A DNA stretch of 64,000 bases from Candidatus Latescibacterota bacterium (GCA_965116875.1 OZ220733.1:3072001-3136000), one strand, 5' to 3'. Numbered from the stretch's first letter, positions 19,226 to 29,475 are shown. The notes: generated by a model from the sequence alone, not told the origin. Program-made: numbers and translations.

Positions 19226-19624
19226 TCACGATTGTCTGCTGTAACTCAAGAGCTCTTCGGCGTTTTCGCCCAGCGCCAGGCCGAGGGCGTTGACGGTGCC
19301 TTCGATTTCCGCCCTGTCCAGCGTATCCAGGAGAAGCGTATCGCGAAACAGGACGGTTCCGGTTTCCTCGTCAATTGCGAATGCGCCGTGGATGAGCGTC
19401 CGGTTCAACTCCAGCAGGCGCTTGTAGAGGTCGCCCGGGTTTTTGGGGATCGGCATGATGGCCTGTTCCAGGATGAGAATGGGATCTTCACAATCGACGA
19501 TAAGACGGTGGATCCCCCGGTCTTCGTCGGTGACGACCACCAGTTCCTCTCCTGAATCCTCTTCTTCAATGACCAGCTCCAGGTCCTGAAGAAAGGCCTT
19601 TACGGTTTCAAAGTGCCGCGACAT
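19226..19624 (-). CDS. YbjN/CesT-like chaperone-fold protein
   Basis: LYKRLLELNRTLIHGAFAID motif; ATG at 19624 with AGGAG RBS; directly upstream of pspA. Confidence 0.75.
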   Translation of the reverse strand: MSRHFETVKAFLQDLELVIEEEDSGEELVVVTDEDRGIHRLIVDCEDPILILEQAIMPIPKNPGDLYKRLLELNRTLIHGAFAIDEETGTVLFRDTLLLDTLDRAEIEGTVNALGLALGENAEELLSYSRQS

Positions 19625-19721
19625 GAAGACTCCTTTTGAAATTGCGATGACAGGTTCTGTCCGCACGTTGGTGATTATTTGATTCTCAAGGGGGCGTTTG
19701 GTTTCAAAAAACGTCGCTGTT

Positions 19722-20126
19722 TCATAGCCCAAGCAACTTTCCAACCCGTACGGCGAGGGATATGGGAGTCGCGGGTTTTTCCATGACGTGGCCGCGTGAG
19801 ATTCCCAGAGCGGCGAGTTCCTCCAGACGTTCGGGAGCCGGGTTTTCGACGAGCACCAGCAATGGAAGGCGGGCGAGCATTTTTCGAATGAAACGAATGC
19901 AATCCGGCCCGCTGATTTCCGGCAAATCGTATGCGAGAATGACGAGGGCGTACGCCCTGGGATTTGCCGCGAGCGTCTCCAGGGCGCTGCGCCCGTCGGT
20001 AACCACGTCCAGTTCGACGTTCTGGTGATCGAACAACCCACCGGCAAGGCTCATGGCCGTTGGACCGTCTTCCGCGAGGAGAATTCTGGGCAAACCGGGA
20101 ACCGTTTCGATTTCACGTTGACTCAA
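19722..20126 (-). CDS. Atypical single-domain response regulator (pseudo-receiver); start uncertain
   Basis: RILLAED, LVILAYDLPEISG and EKP receiver pattern. Confidence 0.7.
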   Translation of the reverse strand: MSQREIETVPGLPRILLAEDGPTAMSLAGGLFDHQNVELDVVTDGRSALETLAANPRAYALVILAYDLPEISGPDCIRFIRKMLARLPLLVLVENPAPERLEELAALGISRGHVMEKPATPISLAVRVGKLLGL

Positions 20127-20250
20127 GGTCGGTAATCCGAATGTCAAATATACCGAATTCGCCCGACGCGCCAAGAATTATATTTTCCTGAAAGGCATTT
20201 TCAACCGCACGGACCCCGATTCTATAGGGGCAACCGGCCGGTCGCCAAAA

Positions 20251-20382
20251 GACGGGGAGAGGGTAGACGGAAGACGGTAGAGGAAGTCCTTGCCCGCTAT
20301 TTTAACCGTTCTTGCCTCCGGCACAAAAAGGAGCCTCACAAGGCAGGCAATCTCTCCCGTCTAACGTCTCCCGTGACTCACC
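20251..20382 (+). repeat. Dispersed long-hairpin element, copy 3
   Basis: Core TTGCCCG..GCCTCCGGC..CCTCACAAGGCAGGCAATCTCT. Confidence 0.8.
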
Positions 20383-20519
20383 TCTTCTACGGGGCCGGGG
20401 GGAGAGGTCTGCGGGGCTGGACCTACCCCCTAACCCCCTTCCTGAGAGGAAGGGGGAATGTTGATGGGTGGTTGTACAGGTTTTGTGATGTGCCGGATGG
20501 CGATTTCCTTTCAACCACC

Positions 20520-20824
20520 GTGTCTGCCAATGACCGGCACGCGAAGCCTGTTCTTGCGCCCTCTCTCCCGGTGGGAGAGAGGGCCGGGGAGAGAGGTCTG
20601 CGGGGCTGGGTGGGGGTTTTGAATTTGGTCTTGCCTTTTGGCTATTGGTTTTGGCTGATTGCTGACCGCTGACGGCTGATAGCTCCGTTTGAGAGGTCTC
20701 ACGTCGCGGCACGGATATTGCATCTAGAAATCGCGAGGCCGCAGGTTTTCTGGTTTTAGCTTTTCGTTCTTAGCTGATGGCTGATAGCCGATGCCTGATA
20801 GCCGATGGCTGATAGCTGATAGCC
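20520..20824 (+). repeat. Composite palindromic repeat plus GCYGAYR heptamer runs
   Basis: About 95 bp matches 39915-40006 in inverted orientation; heptamer runs at 20654-20684 and 20773-20824. Confidence 0.75.
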
Positions 20825-20910
20825 ACATGCCTTTTGCCCGTCGCGAAAACTCATGATATATTATTCAACGCTCCCCTGCGGAGACCCATCCATTCACCTT
20901 TGAGGTTCCA

Positions 20911-22650
20911 ATGCAGAAATACCCGGTCTGGACGCTCAGGCACAAGAGGGACTCAGATTCCGGCGCGGACGGTTCGCCCGAACCGCTCATTGACGTGGTG
21001 CTGGCGAATCGGGGCCTGACGGCCGAGGACATCGAGGATTCACCCGAAGTTCTCGAGGATCCGTTTTCGATGAAGGACATGGACCTGCTTACCGAGCGAA
21101 TCGTTCGAGCGGTCCGCTCCGGCGAGCGCATCGTCGTTTTCGGCGACTATGACGTGGACGGCGTGACGAGTACGGCCGTTTTTATGGACTTTCTCGGCAG
21201 GGTGGGAGCGGACGCGGTGTCCATCCTGCCGGACCGCTACCGGGACGGATACGGCATGAAACCCGCCGGCGTTCAGCAGGCGGTCGACGTGGGCGCGCGC
21301 GTTATCGTGACGGCCGACAACGGTATCTCCTCGTTCAATGCGGTTGAGGCGGCGAATGCCGAGGGAATTGACGTTCTGGTGACCGATCATCACGAGCCTC
21401 ACGGCCGGCTGCCCGACGCCTTCGCGGTGGTCAATCCCAACCGCCCGGATTGCGGGTACGGATTCAAGGGGCTTGCGGCTGTGGGCGTGGCCTTCAAAGC
21501 CGTGCAGGCCCTTTCGGACTCGCTGATCGATGGTTCGGAGCGCAGGGCGTATCTCAATTCGCTGCTGGACCTGGTCGCAATGGGAACGGTGGCGGATATC
21601 GCGCCGATGTTGGGCGAGAACCGTCTGCTCACACGCAGGGGAATGCAGATTCTGGACCGGACGCAGCGTCCGGGACTTCAGGCCCTGAAAGCCGTCGCCG
21701 GCGCCGATTCACGTCCGGTGGATACGACGACGATCGGATTCTTCCTCGGGCCTCGCATCAACAGCGCCGGGCGGCTGGCCTCCGCGGACCTGGCGCTGGA
21801 CCTGCTGCGCTCCGCGGAGACCGGCGAAGCGGCCCATCTGGCGGAACAATTGAATGCGCTCAACCGGAAGCGGCGGGAATTCGAACTCGCCGGCGTCGAA
21901 CAGGCCGGGGAACAGGTGGAAACCATGGCGCTGGACAAGCAACGGATTCTCGTCACCAGGGGCGAGAGCTGGCACTTGGGCGTGGTGGGGTTGATTGCCG
22001 GCCGCCTGGCGGAGCGGTATGCCAAGCCGGCCATCGCCTGTAGCGAGGTCCGCGGGGATGGAAGTTTTACGGGATCGGCGCGTTCGGGAGCGGGCTACAA
22101 CATGGCGGAAGCGATTTTTCGCTGTGCGGATCTGCTGACCGAGTACGGCGGACACGCGGACGCTGGCGGCTTTACGGGCCCGCTCGAGAACTTCGAAGCG
22201 TTTAAATCCCGGATGGAGGCGGATGCGGCGGAGCGGATTTCGGAGGAAGACTTGAGAACCAGGCTGGAGCTGGATGCGGCGCTACTGCCCGGGGAGATCT
22301 CACTGGAAACGGTCTCGGCGTTGTCGGCCCTGGCGCCGTTCGGTTCGGGAAACGAACCTCCGCTATTTATGGTGCAGGATTGCACGGTTGAGCGGGCAAT
22401 TGCAGTGGGAAAAGGGGCGCACCTCAAGATGAATCTGGACACGGCGTCTTCCGCCGGCCGGGCGGACGGCTCGACGCCGCGGAGTCGACGGATATGTGAC
22501 GCCGTCTGGTGGGGGCAGGGCGAACTGGCCGGTCGACTTCGCCGGGGGGATCCCGTGGACGTGGCATGCGCGCTGGAAGCCAACACGTGGAACGGCCGGA
22601 CTCAGGTGCAACTCGTTCTGAAAGATATGCGTCCGGCGCAGGGACAATAG
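20911..22650 (+). CDS. recJ: Single-stranded-DNA-specific exonuclease RecJ
   Basis: GDYDVDG, TADNG, TDHH, GTVAD, PRINSAGR, GSARS, GGH. Confidence 0.97.
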   Translation: MQKYPVWTLRHKRDSDSGADGSPEPLIDVVLANRGLTAEDIEDSPEVLEDPFSMKDMDLLTERIVRAVRSGERIVVFGDYDVDGVTSTAVFMDFLGRVGADAVSILPDRYRDGYGMKPAGVQQAVDVGARVIVTADNGISSFNAVEAANAEGIDVLVTDHHEPHGRLPDAFAVVNPNRPDCGYGFKGLAAVGVAFKAVQALSDSLIDGSERRAYLNSLLDLVAMGTVADIAPMLGENRLLTRRGMQILDRTQRPGLQALKAVAGADSRPVDTTTIGFFLGPRINSAGRLASADLALDLLRSAETGEAAHLAEQLNALNRKRREFELAGVEQAGEQVETMALDKQRILVTRGESWHLGVVGLIAGRLAERYAKPAIACSEVRGDGSFTGSARSGAGYNMAEAIFRCADLLTEYGGHADAGGFTGPLENFEAFKSRMEADAAERISEEDLRTRLELDAALLPGEISLETVSALSALAPFGSGNEPPLFMVQDCTVERAIAVGKGAHLKMNLDTASSAGRADGSTPRSRRICDAVWWGQGELAGRLRRGDPVDVACALEANTWNGRTQVQLVLKDMRPAQGQ

Positions 22651-22845
22651 CAGTCCGTTGAGAAAGTCGCTCTGCAGGCGAGGCCGAGCCATTGTGGTCG
22701 AAGACAAGGCGCGCGACCGAGTCCCATCCTTCGATTCGGCGAGGGAGCGCAACGCAGTATTTCGACCGCAAGGGCCGGCCGTAGCCCGGATGGGCTTTTT
22801 CAACGGGCTGAATAGCGAACGGGTTCAACGCGCTTCCTCACGTCA

Positions 22846-23832
22846 TCATTGGACTTCCACGCGCTTCCCGGTCCGGGCGGATTCGTGGGCGGCCATGGCG
22901 ACGGCGACCACCCGACGCCCGTCTCTGCCGTCCGATCGCGGTGCTTCACCCCGTTGGATGCAACCCGCAAAGTGTGCGATCTCGTCCGCCAGACCGTTGT
23001 TCCGGGGCACCTCGATGGCGGCGGACTTCCCGCCGTGCCGTGCGAGTATAATGGGGCCGGCCGGGACCTCGAGCTTCATAGCGCCTCCCGTCCCGGCAAC
23101 GCCCAGTTCGTAGCTGTTGACCGGGTAGACCCGGCTGCTGCTCAGGGATCCGATGGCGCCCGAGGCGAATTCGATGCCCATGAAGATGCTTTCTTCGATT
23201 TCGTTCGCCGGATCCTCTCCGAATTTCATCACGGCGTTGACGGCGCGGATTTCGCCGGCCAGCCAGGCCAGTTGATCCAGTTCGTGGCTGTACATCGAAA
23301 ACATCCCGCCGTACTGATCCTTCCGCGTTTGCCACCCTCCAACCCCGCCCGGTGCGCCGGTGCCCAGACGCACGGCGTGCGCCAGCGTGATTTCACCAAT
23401 GTCCCCGCGGTCCAAACGACGTTTCAGTTCCCGATAGGCGGCCTGAAAACGGCGAACATAGCCTATCATCAGAAAAACGCCGGATTGTTCCGCGGCGCGG
23501 ATCATCGCATCGCAGTCACCAACGGTCAGCGCCATGGGTTTTTCGCAAAAGACGTGGGCGCCCGATAACGCCGCGTCCGTACTGATGCGGCTGTGCGTGT
23601 GGTTGGGCGTGACCACCAGCACGGCGTCCGGATTCTCGGCAGCCAGCATGGCGCGGTGGTCCGCGTAGGGCTCCGGGCCGGATTCGAGTTGCGCGGCAAG
23701 ACGATCCGCGGATTCCGGGACCGCGTCGCATACGGCGACGAGCCTCACACCCTCCAATGCTTCCACGTTTTTGGCGTGGGCGCGGCCCAGCCCGCCGCAC
23801 CCGGCCAATGCAACTCTCAGCGGTTCTGCCAT
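22846..23832 (-). CDS. Gfo/Idh/MocA family oxidoreductase
   Basis: GCGGLG and HVFCEKP motifs. Confidence 0.92.
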   Translation of the reverse strand: MAEPLRVALAGCGGLGRAHAKNVEALEGVRLVAVCDAVPESADRLAAQLESGPEPYADHRAMLAAENPDAVLVVTPNHTHSRISTDAALSGAHVFCEKPMALTVGDCDAMIRAAEQSGVFLMIGYVRRFQAAYRELKRRLDRGDIGEITLAHAVRLGTGAPGGVGGWQTRKDQYGGMFSMYSHELDQLAWLAGEIRAVNAVMKFGEDPANEIEESIFMGIEFASGAIGSLSSSRVYPVNSYELGVAGTGGAMKLEVPAGPIILARHGGKSAAIEVPRNNGLADEIAHFAGCIQRGEAPRSDGRDGRRVVAVAMAAHESARTGKRVEVQ

Positions 23833-23957
23833 TACGTATACCTGATTTGGTTTTTCCTTTTGCTGACAGCTGACGGTTGATAGTTGATAGCTTCGTCCGA
23901 GGAGGCCCGGGGGTCGAGGTCCTCATCTTCTGATTTTCCGGACAGCCATGAGTTTCT

Positions 23958-24968
23958 TCACAACGAAATCGGCGTGGAACCGTTTTCGGCCGATTCTTCA
24001 GCGGCAAAACACGCGGCGTGGGTGTTAACCGCTACCTCCAGATTGTCGTGCGATTCCACGTCGTCCAGGATGCACTCCACAAGGTGGTCGATCATCTCCT
24101 GGAAGGGATGGTGAGAAACCGCGCCGCTGTCGGGCAGGACCGTGGGAAAGCTGCCAAAAGCGTCCTGGCCGGAAAGCTGGCGGGTGTAGAACCGGTTGTT
24201 CCGCATCACGCCTTCGGTGCCGAAGACCTCGACGTTGAAGACGTAGGGCATGAAGAAAGCCGTGGAGCCCGAGAACTTTCCCGCGGCGCCTCCCGCAAAC
24301 GCCACCGTGGCGACCGTTGTGGACCGGTAGTCGTTCTCGTGTGTGCGATGTCTGGGAGAGACGCCCGTGACGCGGGTGACCTTGTCGTTGTCCAGGATGA
24401 ACCGGGCGGCGTCGAGGGCATGGCAGCCGCCGTGCACAATGGCGCCGTTGACCATCGGGTTCCAGCCGGCGCGGCTGAATTTCCGGGGGCTGGCGTTGGT
24501 GGGGCCGTGCCAATAGTCCGCCTGAACGAGCAGCGGAACGCCGATCCAGCCCTTCTCGATCGCCTGTTTCATGGAAATAATGAGGGGGTTCCATCGAAGA
24601 ACGAAGCCGATCACTGTTTTTACGCCCGCGCTCTTCACGGCCCGGTGCATCTCGTCCAGTTCCTCGTGATTCGTGGCCACCGGTTTCTCGATCAGCAGGT
24701 GTTTGCCTGCGCGGGCGGCGGCGATGGCTTCCCCGGCGTGGCGGTCCGGCGGGGTACAGATGGAAACCACGTCGACTTCCGGATGCTCGAGAAGCCTGTC
24801 GTAGTTGTCGTAGAGGTCGCACTCAACGCCAAGTTCCACCGCTTTTCGCCGGGCGCTCTCGAGCGTGCGGCTTCCGATTGCGACCAATCGGGTGTGGGGG
24901 TTGTTCAGGTACGCCTTGATGTGTTCGGTTGAGACGTTTCCCGCGCCCTGGATCGCAACGCCAAGCAT
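23958..24968 (-). CDS. Gfo/Idh/MocA family oxidoreductase
   Basis: GAGNVS, ICTPP, HLLIEKP and HALD motifs; ATG at 24968 after GGAGG. Confidence 0.92.
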   Translation of the reverse strand: MLGVAIQGAGNVSTEHIKAYLNNPHTRLVAIGSRTLESARRKAVELGVECDLYDNYDRLLEHPEVDVVSICTPPDRHAGEAIAAARAGKHLLIEKPVATNHEELDEMHRAVKSAGVKTVIGFVLRWNPLIISMKQAIEKGWIGVPLLVQADYWHGPTNASPRKFSRAGWNPMVNGAIVHGGCHALDAARFILDNDKVTRVTGVSPRHRTHENDYRSTTVATVAFAGGAAGKFSGSTAFFMPYVFNVEVFGTEGVMRNNRFYTRQLSGQDAFGSFPTVLPDSGAVSHHPFQEMIDHLVECILDDVESHDNLEVAVNTHAACFAAEESAENGSTPISL

Positions 24969-25341
24969 TATTTCTTCCTCCGGGTTAACCTGTGTCAGGA
25001 CATTCAAACCGTCCGCTGGCCGTCAGTTTCTCTTGTGCGGCGGTGAGTTCGAGTCAGTCGTCTCTCTTGACGCCGTTCAGGACTGGCTCGAGACGTACCG
25101 GCTTCGGCATTCGGTCCGAAGGAGGGAAAATAAGTGCAAGAGAAAGCGGAGTCAAGATCGATCCCCCTTGTCCCGCGAACCAGTCTCTACACATCCTGCC
25201 GTGTGTTGGACCCGCTCCAGCGACGGTACAGGACAAATCCGAACTCCTGAGCGCCGGTTTCAGGAACCATTGCTATTTCCGGGTGGCCGCTTTATTTTAG
25301 CGCGGTACAGCGTATTCGTCACTTCAAATCCGAGGTAAAGG

Positions 25342-26201
25342 TTGCCGAAACGGATCAACAAGGCCATCGAACTCCTGGAACAGGGACAGCCGATATATTA
25401 TGTCGGCGTCTCCGAGCTTTCGTACGAGACGGGCCGGGACATGGCCGGGACCTGGGCGGACTATATCAACGTCAGCATCGAACACGGTCCGTTCGATATG
25501 CCCGGGCTGGGCGCCTTCATGCGGGGACTGGTCGACGGCGGTCCCACGGCCAGCGGGCATCGGACGCCCGCCGTCATTGTGGATCTGCCGGTGGAGGGCA
25601 CGAGCGAAGCGGCGGTCCGTGCCAATGCATGGATGTTCAAACAGGCGCTGGCGAGGGGCGTGCATGGGATACTCCTGTGCCATGCCGAAAACCCGGAGGG
25701 CGTCCGCGCCTTCGTGGAAAGTTGCAGATATCCGTTCCGAAAGCCGGCCGAGGGGCACGGCGACGGGCGGCGCGGCGCCGGGGGTCAGGGTTGGGCCGCT
25801 CAGATCTGGGGCGTGTCCGCCGCCGAGTATCTGAAGAAGGCCGATCCCTGGCCGTTGAGTCCTGACGGAGAACTGATGCTTGGCGTGAAGATCGAGAACA
25901 GACGCGCGCTGGCCAACGCGGAAGCCACCGCAAAGGTGCAGGGGCTCGCCTTCGGCGAATGGGGACCCGGAGATATGGGAATGTCACTTGGGCACGCCGA
26001 TCGGCACGACCCGCCTATCCTCCTGAGATGGGCGCCGCCCGTGCCCGCGTGATGGCGGCCTGCCTGGACGCCGGACTCTTCTTTCTGAACGGCGCGAACG
26101 TGGAAAACATCACGGAGATGATCGACGAAGGCGTGATGATCTGCTCCGGAGGCGGGGAGGCCGTGGCGCAGGCAGGGCGGGCGTATACCGGAAGAGAATG
26201 A
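25342..26201 (+). pseudogene. HpcH/HpaI aldolase-citrate lyase family gene with a frameshift near 26011-26016 (or an assembly error)
   Basis: EHG, KIE and GPGDMG motifs; the natural C-terminus YPPEMGAARARVMAAC.. continues in another frame. Confidence 0.7.
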
Positions 26202-26588
26202 ACACAGTCGCCATGAAACGGCAGGAAACAACCTGATCTATTAACAGTCCGTTGGAGAAAGGAGCGTTGAGACGAATGAAACCCGTTGTTCCTGGTGTTC
26301 TGTCCCGGAGATAAGTTGCCTGAATTCGACCGCGGAGTCGCCCGGCTCGCATCCTTCGACAAGCTCAGGAACCACCGCCGGAGCGCAGGCGACCTGCGTA
26401 TGGTCGGCGAGCGAGGGTACTTCGACAGGCTCAGCACAAGCAACGCAGCGAGACGGGATGAATCGGCGGTTGAATGGTGAGGAATTTTCGGGACAGGACA
26501 CCAGCGCTTGCCGAAACATCCTGATCGCTGGCGCCAGAACCACAGTCGTCTGAACTGACGGCGAATCGTTGGAAAGGGGAGGGAGAAA

Positions 26589-27290
26589 ATGTCGAGCTCA
26601 CATATCCGTACAGTCATCGAGATCGTCCTGGCGGCGGGCTGCGCGTACCTGGCGTATATCGCGTACATCGCCCCGATCAACGTCACCATCAACTACGACG
26701 CCGAGCAGGCCATTCAAATGCGGATCGAAGACAAAATGGTGGCGCACGACGCCGTCCTGGACTCGATCTGGAGCAGAGACTTCGCCAGGGAAGCGACGCT
26801 GGGATGGTTGACTGGCAAGGACGTCTATCACTACCGCAACAGCGCGATTGCAGGGCGCCTGGCGGAAGCAATGCCGGATGCGCCGCCGGGCGGGAGCGAA
26901 ACCATTGAAGAGCGAAAGACGAGACTTGAAGCCGCGATTTCGGAAAATCCGCTGATCGCGGACCTTCGGGGCCGGGCGCACGGATTGCAGTCTCCGTTTC
27001 AGTATCTTGGCAAACGGGTCCGGGTCGGCGTTCCCAGCGGAAACAAACCTCGAAGCAACGTGGCGTATACGGCCTACGGGAGCGAGTTTGAGGGCAGGGT
27101 CGTTGAAATCTGGAATCCCGTGAACGACAAACGGGTGTCGGTTTTCGCGCAGGGCGCGTTCATGCCCACGGAGACGGTCACCATCGACTTCCAGTTGAAC
27201 CGGCGGCAGGCGGTGGACCTTTTCGATCGCGTCGAAGAGACCGCGGACGCGGTGGCGGTACTTCTTCCGCCATCCACGCCGGCGCCGTAG
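26589..27290 (+). CDS. Membrane-anchored hypothetical protein, possible degenerate DPBB domain
   Basis: N-terminal TM helix; GGAGA RBS; C-terminal GRVVEIWNPVNDKRVSV. Confidence 0.6.
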   Translation: MSSSHIRTVIEIVLAAGCAYLAYIAYIAPINVTINYDAEQAIQMRIEDKMVAHDAVLDSIWSRDFAREATLGWLTGKDVYHYRNSAIAGRLAEAMPDAPPGGSETIEERKTRLEAAISENPLIADLRGRAHGLQSPFQYLGKRVRVGVPSGNKPRSNVAYTAYGSEFEGRVVEIWNPVNDKRVSVFAQGAFMPTETVTIDFQLNRRQAVDLFDRVEETADAVAVLLPPSTPAP

Positions 27291-27482
27291 TCGCGTCGCC
27301 GCTGCTTACCGGTCGACCCATCGACCGGCCCGATGCGACTCTGGTCACTGCATCCACGTTATCCGGGCTGGCAATTGTACGATCACCGGCGGCTCAGCGC
27401 TTGTACATCGCGCGGCCGCCGGTTTTCTTTGGCGCCCCGAAATTTCGAATTCCATTCCTCGAATCTTTCCTCCCTTCGCCAT

Positions 27483-28019
27483 CTAACGCCCCAATAGCTG
27501 TTCGAGGGCCCAGTCGAGTTCTGCTTCCGTATCGGGTCCGTAGCCCATTTGCATGTACCTGAGACGGCCCTTCCTGTCAACCAGATACGTGGTTGGAATG
27601 CTCCGGACGTCGTAGTCCGATTGTACGCCGGGATCGGCGAACAGGACCGGAAAGGTGTAGCCGTTTTTCCGCATGAACGGCTCCACGCGCGCCCGGTCGA
27701 AATCGGAGTTGATGGCAAGAACCGTCAGGCCATTGTTGCGATACCGTTCGTGCAATTTTTGAATATGCGGCAATTCGTACAGGCACGGAACGCACCAGGT
27801 CGCCCAGAAGTTGATCAGGACAACACGGTCTTTATTGTCGGATAACCGCATGACCGAACCGTCCGGACTGTCCAGCGCGAAGTCGGGTGCGGCCGGGCCC
27901 ACGGGCAGCGCGTTCTCCGGCTCGGGCGCCTCCGCGAGAATCTGCCCCAGCGCAACACCCGCCAGCACAACCGCGACGCCCATAAACACCCAGGATTTCC
28001 ATCCAAACCCAAATTTCAT
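27483..28019 (-). CDS. TlpA/ResA-like thiol-disulfide oxidoreductase
   Basis: APDFAL, NFWATWCVPC, IPTTYLVD; N-terminal membrane anchor. Confidence 0.92.
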   Translation of the reverse strand: MKFGFGWKSWVFMGVAVVLAGVALGQILAEAPEPENALPVGPAAPDFALDSPDGSVMRLSDNKDRVVLINFWATWCVPCLYELPHIQKLHERYRNNGLTVLAINSDFDRARVEPFMRKNGYTFPVLFADPGVQSDYDVRSIPTTYLVDRKGRLRYMQMGYGPDTEAELDWALEQLLGR

Positions 28020-28118
28020 ATCGCTATCCTCTCCAGTTCCGCAGACAGACCCCGCCTTCACACCGGCTTCCTCAATGTGACAGTTCCGGCCAGCGATTAA
28101 AGTATACATTTCAATCAA

Positions 28119-28223
28119 GGTTATTGCAAATCATGTCATTCTGAGCGCAGCGAAGAATCTCCTGTCTTCTCGATTGTCCTGTTGATGTAATCACATTTGC
28201 GCGGACGCCTTGCAAGCCTCGAG
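28119..28223 (+). repeat. Module A: direct repeat bracketing the Kelch array (left copy)
   Basis: GTCATTCTGAGCGCAGCGAAGAATCT...CACATTTGCGCGGACGC..GCAAGCCTC recurs at 35064-35177; partial copy at ~30913-30965. Confidence 0.8.
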
Positions 28224-28245
28224 CCCACCTGCCGCACGTGTGTCC

Positions 28246-29382
28246 CTACGGCGTGAAAATCAGGATTTGATCCGAAATCTCCTCCTTGACCGTATGTCCA
28301 TTGCCGGCATCCTTCGATCCGCCGGCGATCATCACGCGGCCGTCCGCGAGCAGCGTTACCGTAGGCGACGACCGCCACCCGATGCTGTGTCCTGTAGGAG
28401 AGAATGCCTGCGTGTCAGGATTGTACAGTGCGATATCGCCGTTGTATGAGCGGATGAGGAGCACGTCACCGGACGGCAACAGCACGGCGGCGCTCGGGTC
28501 GATCGTGGAAACGCCGGCCGGCGAAAACGCGTTTGTTTCAGGATTATACATCTCGGCCGTCTGCAAGAAAGTCCCAGTTTCGGTGTGCCCCCCAATGATC
28601 AGGACCCTGCCGTCCCGAAGAAGCACCGCCTTATGGTTTGTGCGGTCGTACTGCAGATTACCGGCTTCGGATACGTCCCTGGACGAGGGATCGTAAATGA
28701 CGTTCCGTCCAACCAACCCGCCTTCAGGTCCGCCACGGTAACCTCCCACGATCAACACCCGGCCGTCTTTCAACAGCGTCGCCGAATGGCGGTATCGAAT
28801 TTCCTCCCTCTTGTAGATGGAGTGAAATGCGCGCGCATCCGGGTCGAAAACACCCGTGTGGTCCCCGGACGTCACAAAGACCTTTCCATCGTGCAGGAGG
28901 GTCGCGGTTGAGATGTTCGCATTGGATGGCACGTCCGCCACGGCCTGGAATCGCCCGGATTGAGAATCGTACATCTCTATTGGGAGGATTCCATTTCCGG
29001 GCATGATCAGGACGCGACCGTCAGGAAGCAAGATTCCATTGTCGTTGTAACGTCTGACGGTCATATCTCCGGTTGGCGTAGAGGTCCCCGTTTCAGGATC
29101 GAACACCTCCGCGCTGGCGAGAGGACCCGAGGGCCGCCAGATGACAGTACCGCCCGGCGAAGGATCCTGGACTTCCTCAGGCGGCTCCGCCAGGCCCCCT
29201 GCGATCAGGACCTTGCCGTTCGGCAATAGTGTTGCCGCGTGCCAATGCCGTTGCTGGGTCAGATTGCCGACCTCGTGGAGACCCCTTTCAAGGGCCGGCG
29301 GCGCCGACGTGGTTACCGAGTCACTTCCACAAGCCCACAAGCTCGTGACGACGAACAGCGCAAACAGGATTTTGGTGGTCAT
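28246..29382 (-). CDS. Kelch/galactose-oxidase-like beta-propeller lipoprotein (K1)
   Basis: Lipobox LWAC; seven xxTLLxDGxVLIxGG-type repeats. Confidence 0.88.
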   Translation of the reverse strand: MTTKILFALFVVTSLWACGSDSVTTSAPPALERGLHEVGNLTQQRHWHAATLLPNGKVLIAGGLAEPPEEVQDPSPGGTVIWRPSGPLASAEVFDPETGTSTPTGDMTVRRYNDNGILLPDGRVLIMPGNGILPIEMYDSQSGRFQAVADVPSNANISTATLLHDGKVFVTSGDHTGVFDPDARAFHSIYKREEIRYRHSATLLKDGRVLIVGGYRGGPEGGLVGRNVIYDPSSRDVSEAGNLQYDRTNHKAVLLRDGRVLIIGGHTETGTFLQTAEMYNPETNAFSPAGVSTIDPSAAVLLPSGDVLLIRSYNGDIALYNPDTQAFSPTGHSIGWRSSPTVTLLADGRVMIAGGSKDAGNGHTVKEEISDQILIFTP

Positions 29383-29475
29383 TTTCTTTCCTCCGCTTTA
29401 AGGGTCATTCAGTCCGACATCGACGCGATTGGGCGGGCGAGGCGGGCAGACAGGAATGTCCGCCCCACCTTCACA
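29383..29475 (-). repeat. Module B spacer containing REP-like GTGG-GGCGGACA-TTCC-TGTCTGCC
   Basis: Recurs at 32131-32225 and 33402-33495; REP alone at 35202-35227. Confidence 0.8.

Noticed and set aside
19625-20047. N-terminal extension of the 273-aa ORF 19226..20047
   Set aside because: Overlaps the receiver-domain gene in another frame; the real start is ATG 19624 with an RBS.
20654-20824. Short repeats as a CRISPR array
   Set aside because: These are 7-bp tandem units without unique spacers; no cas genes.
25018-25100. Hammerhead ribozyme (CUGA...GAAA)
   Set aside because: The core reads CUGAACG rather than CUGANGA, and the stem arrangement does not fit.
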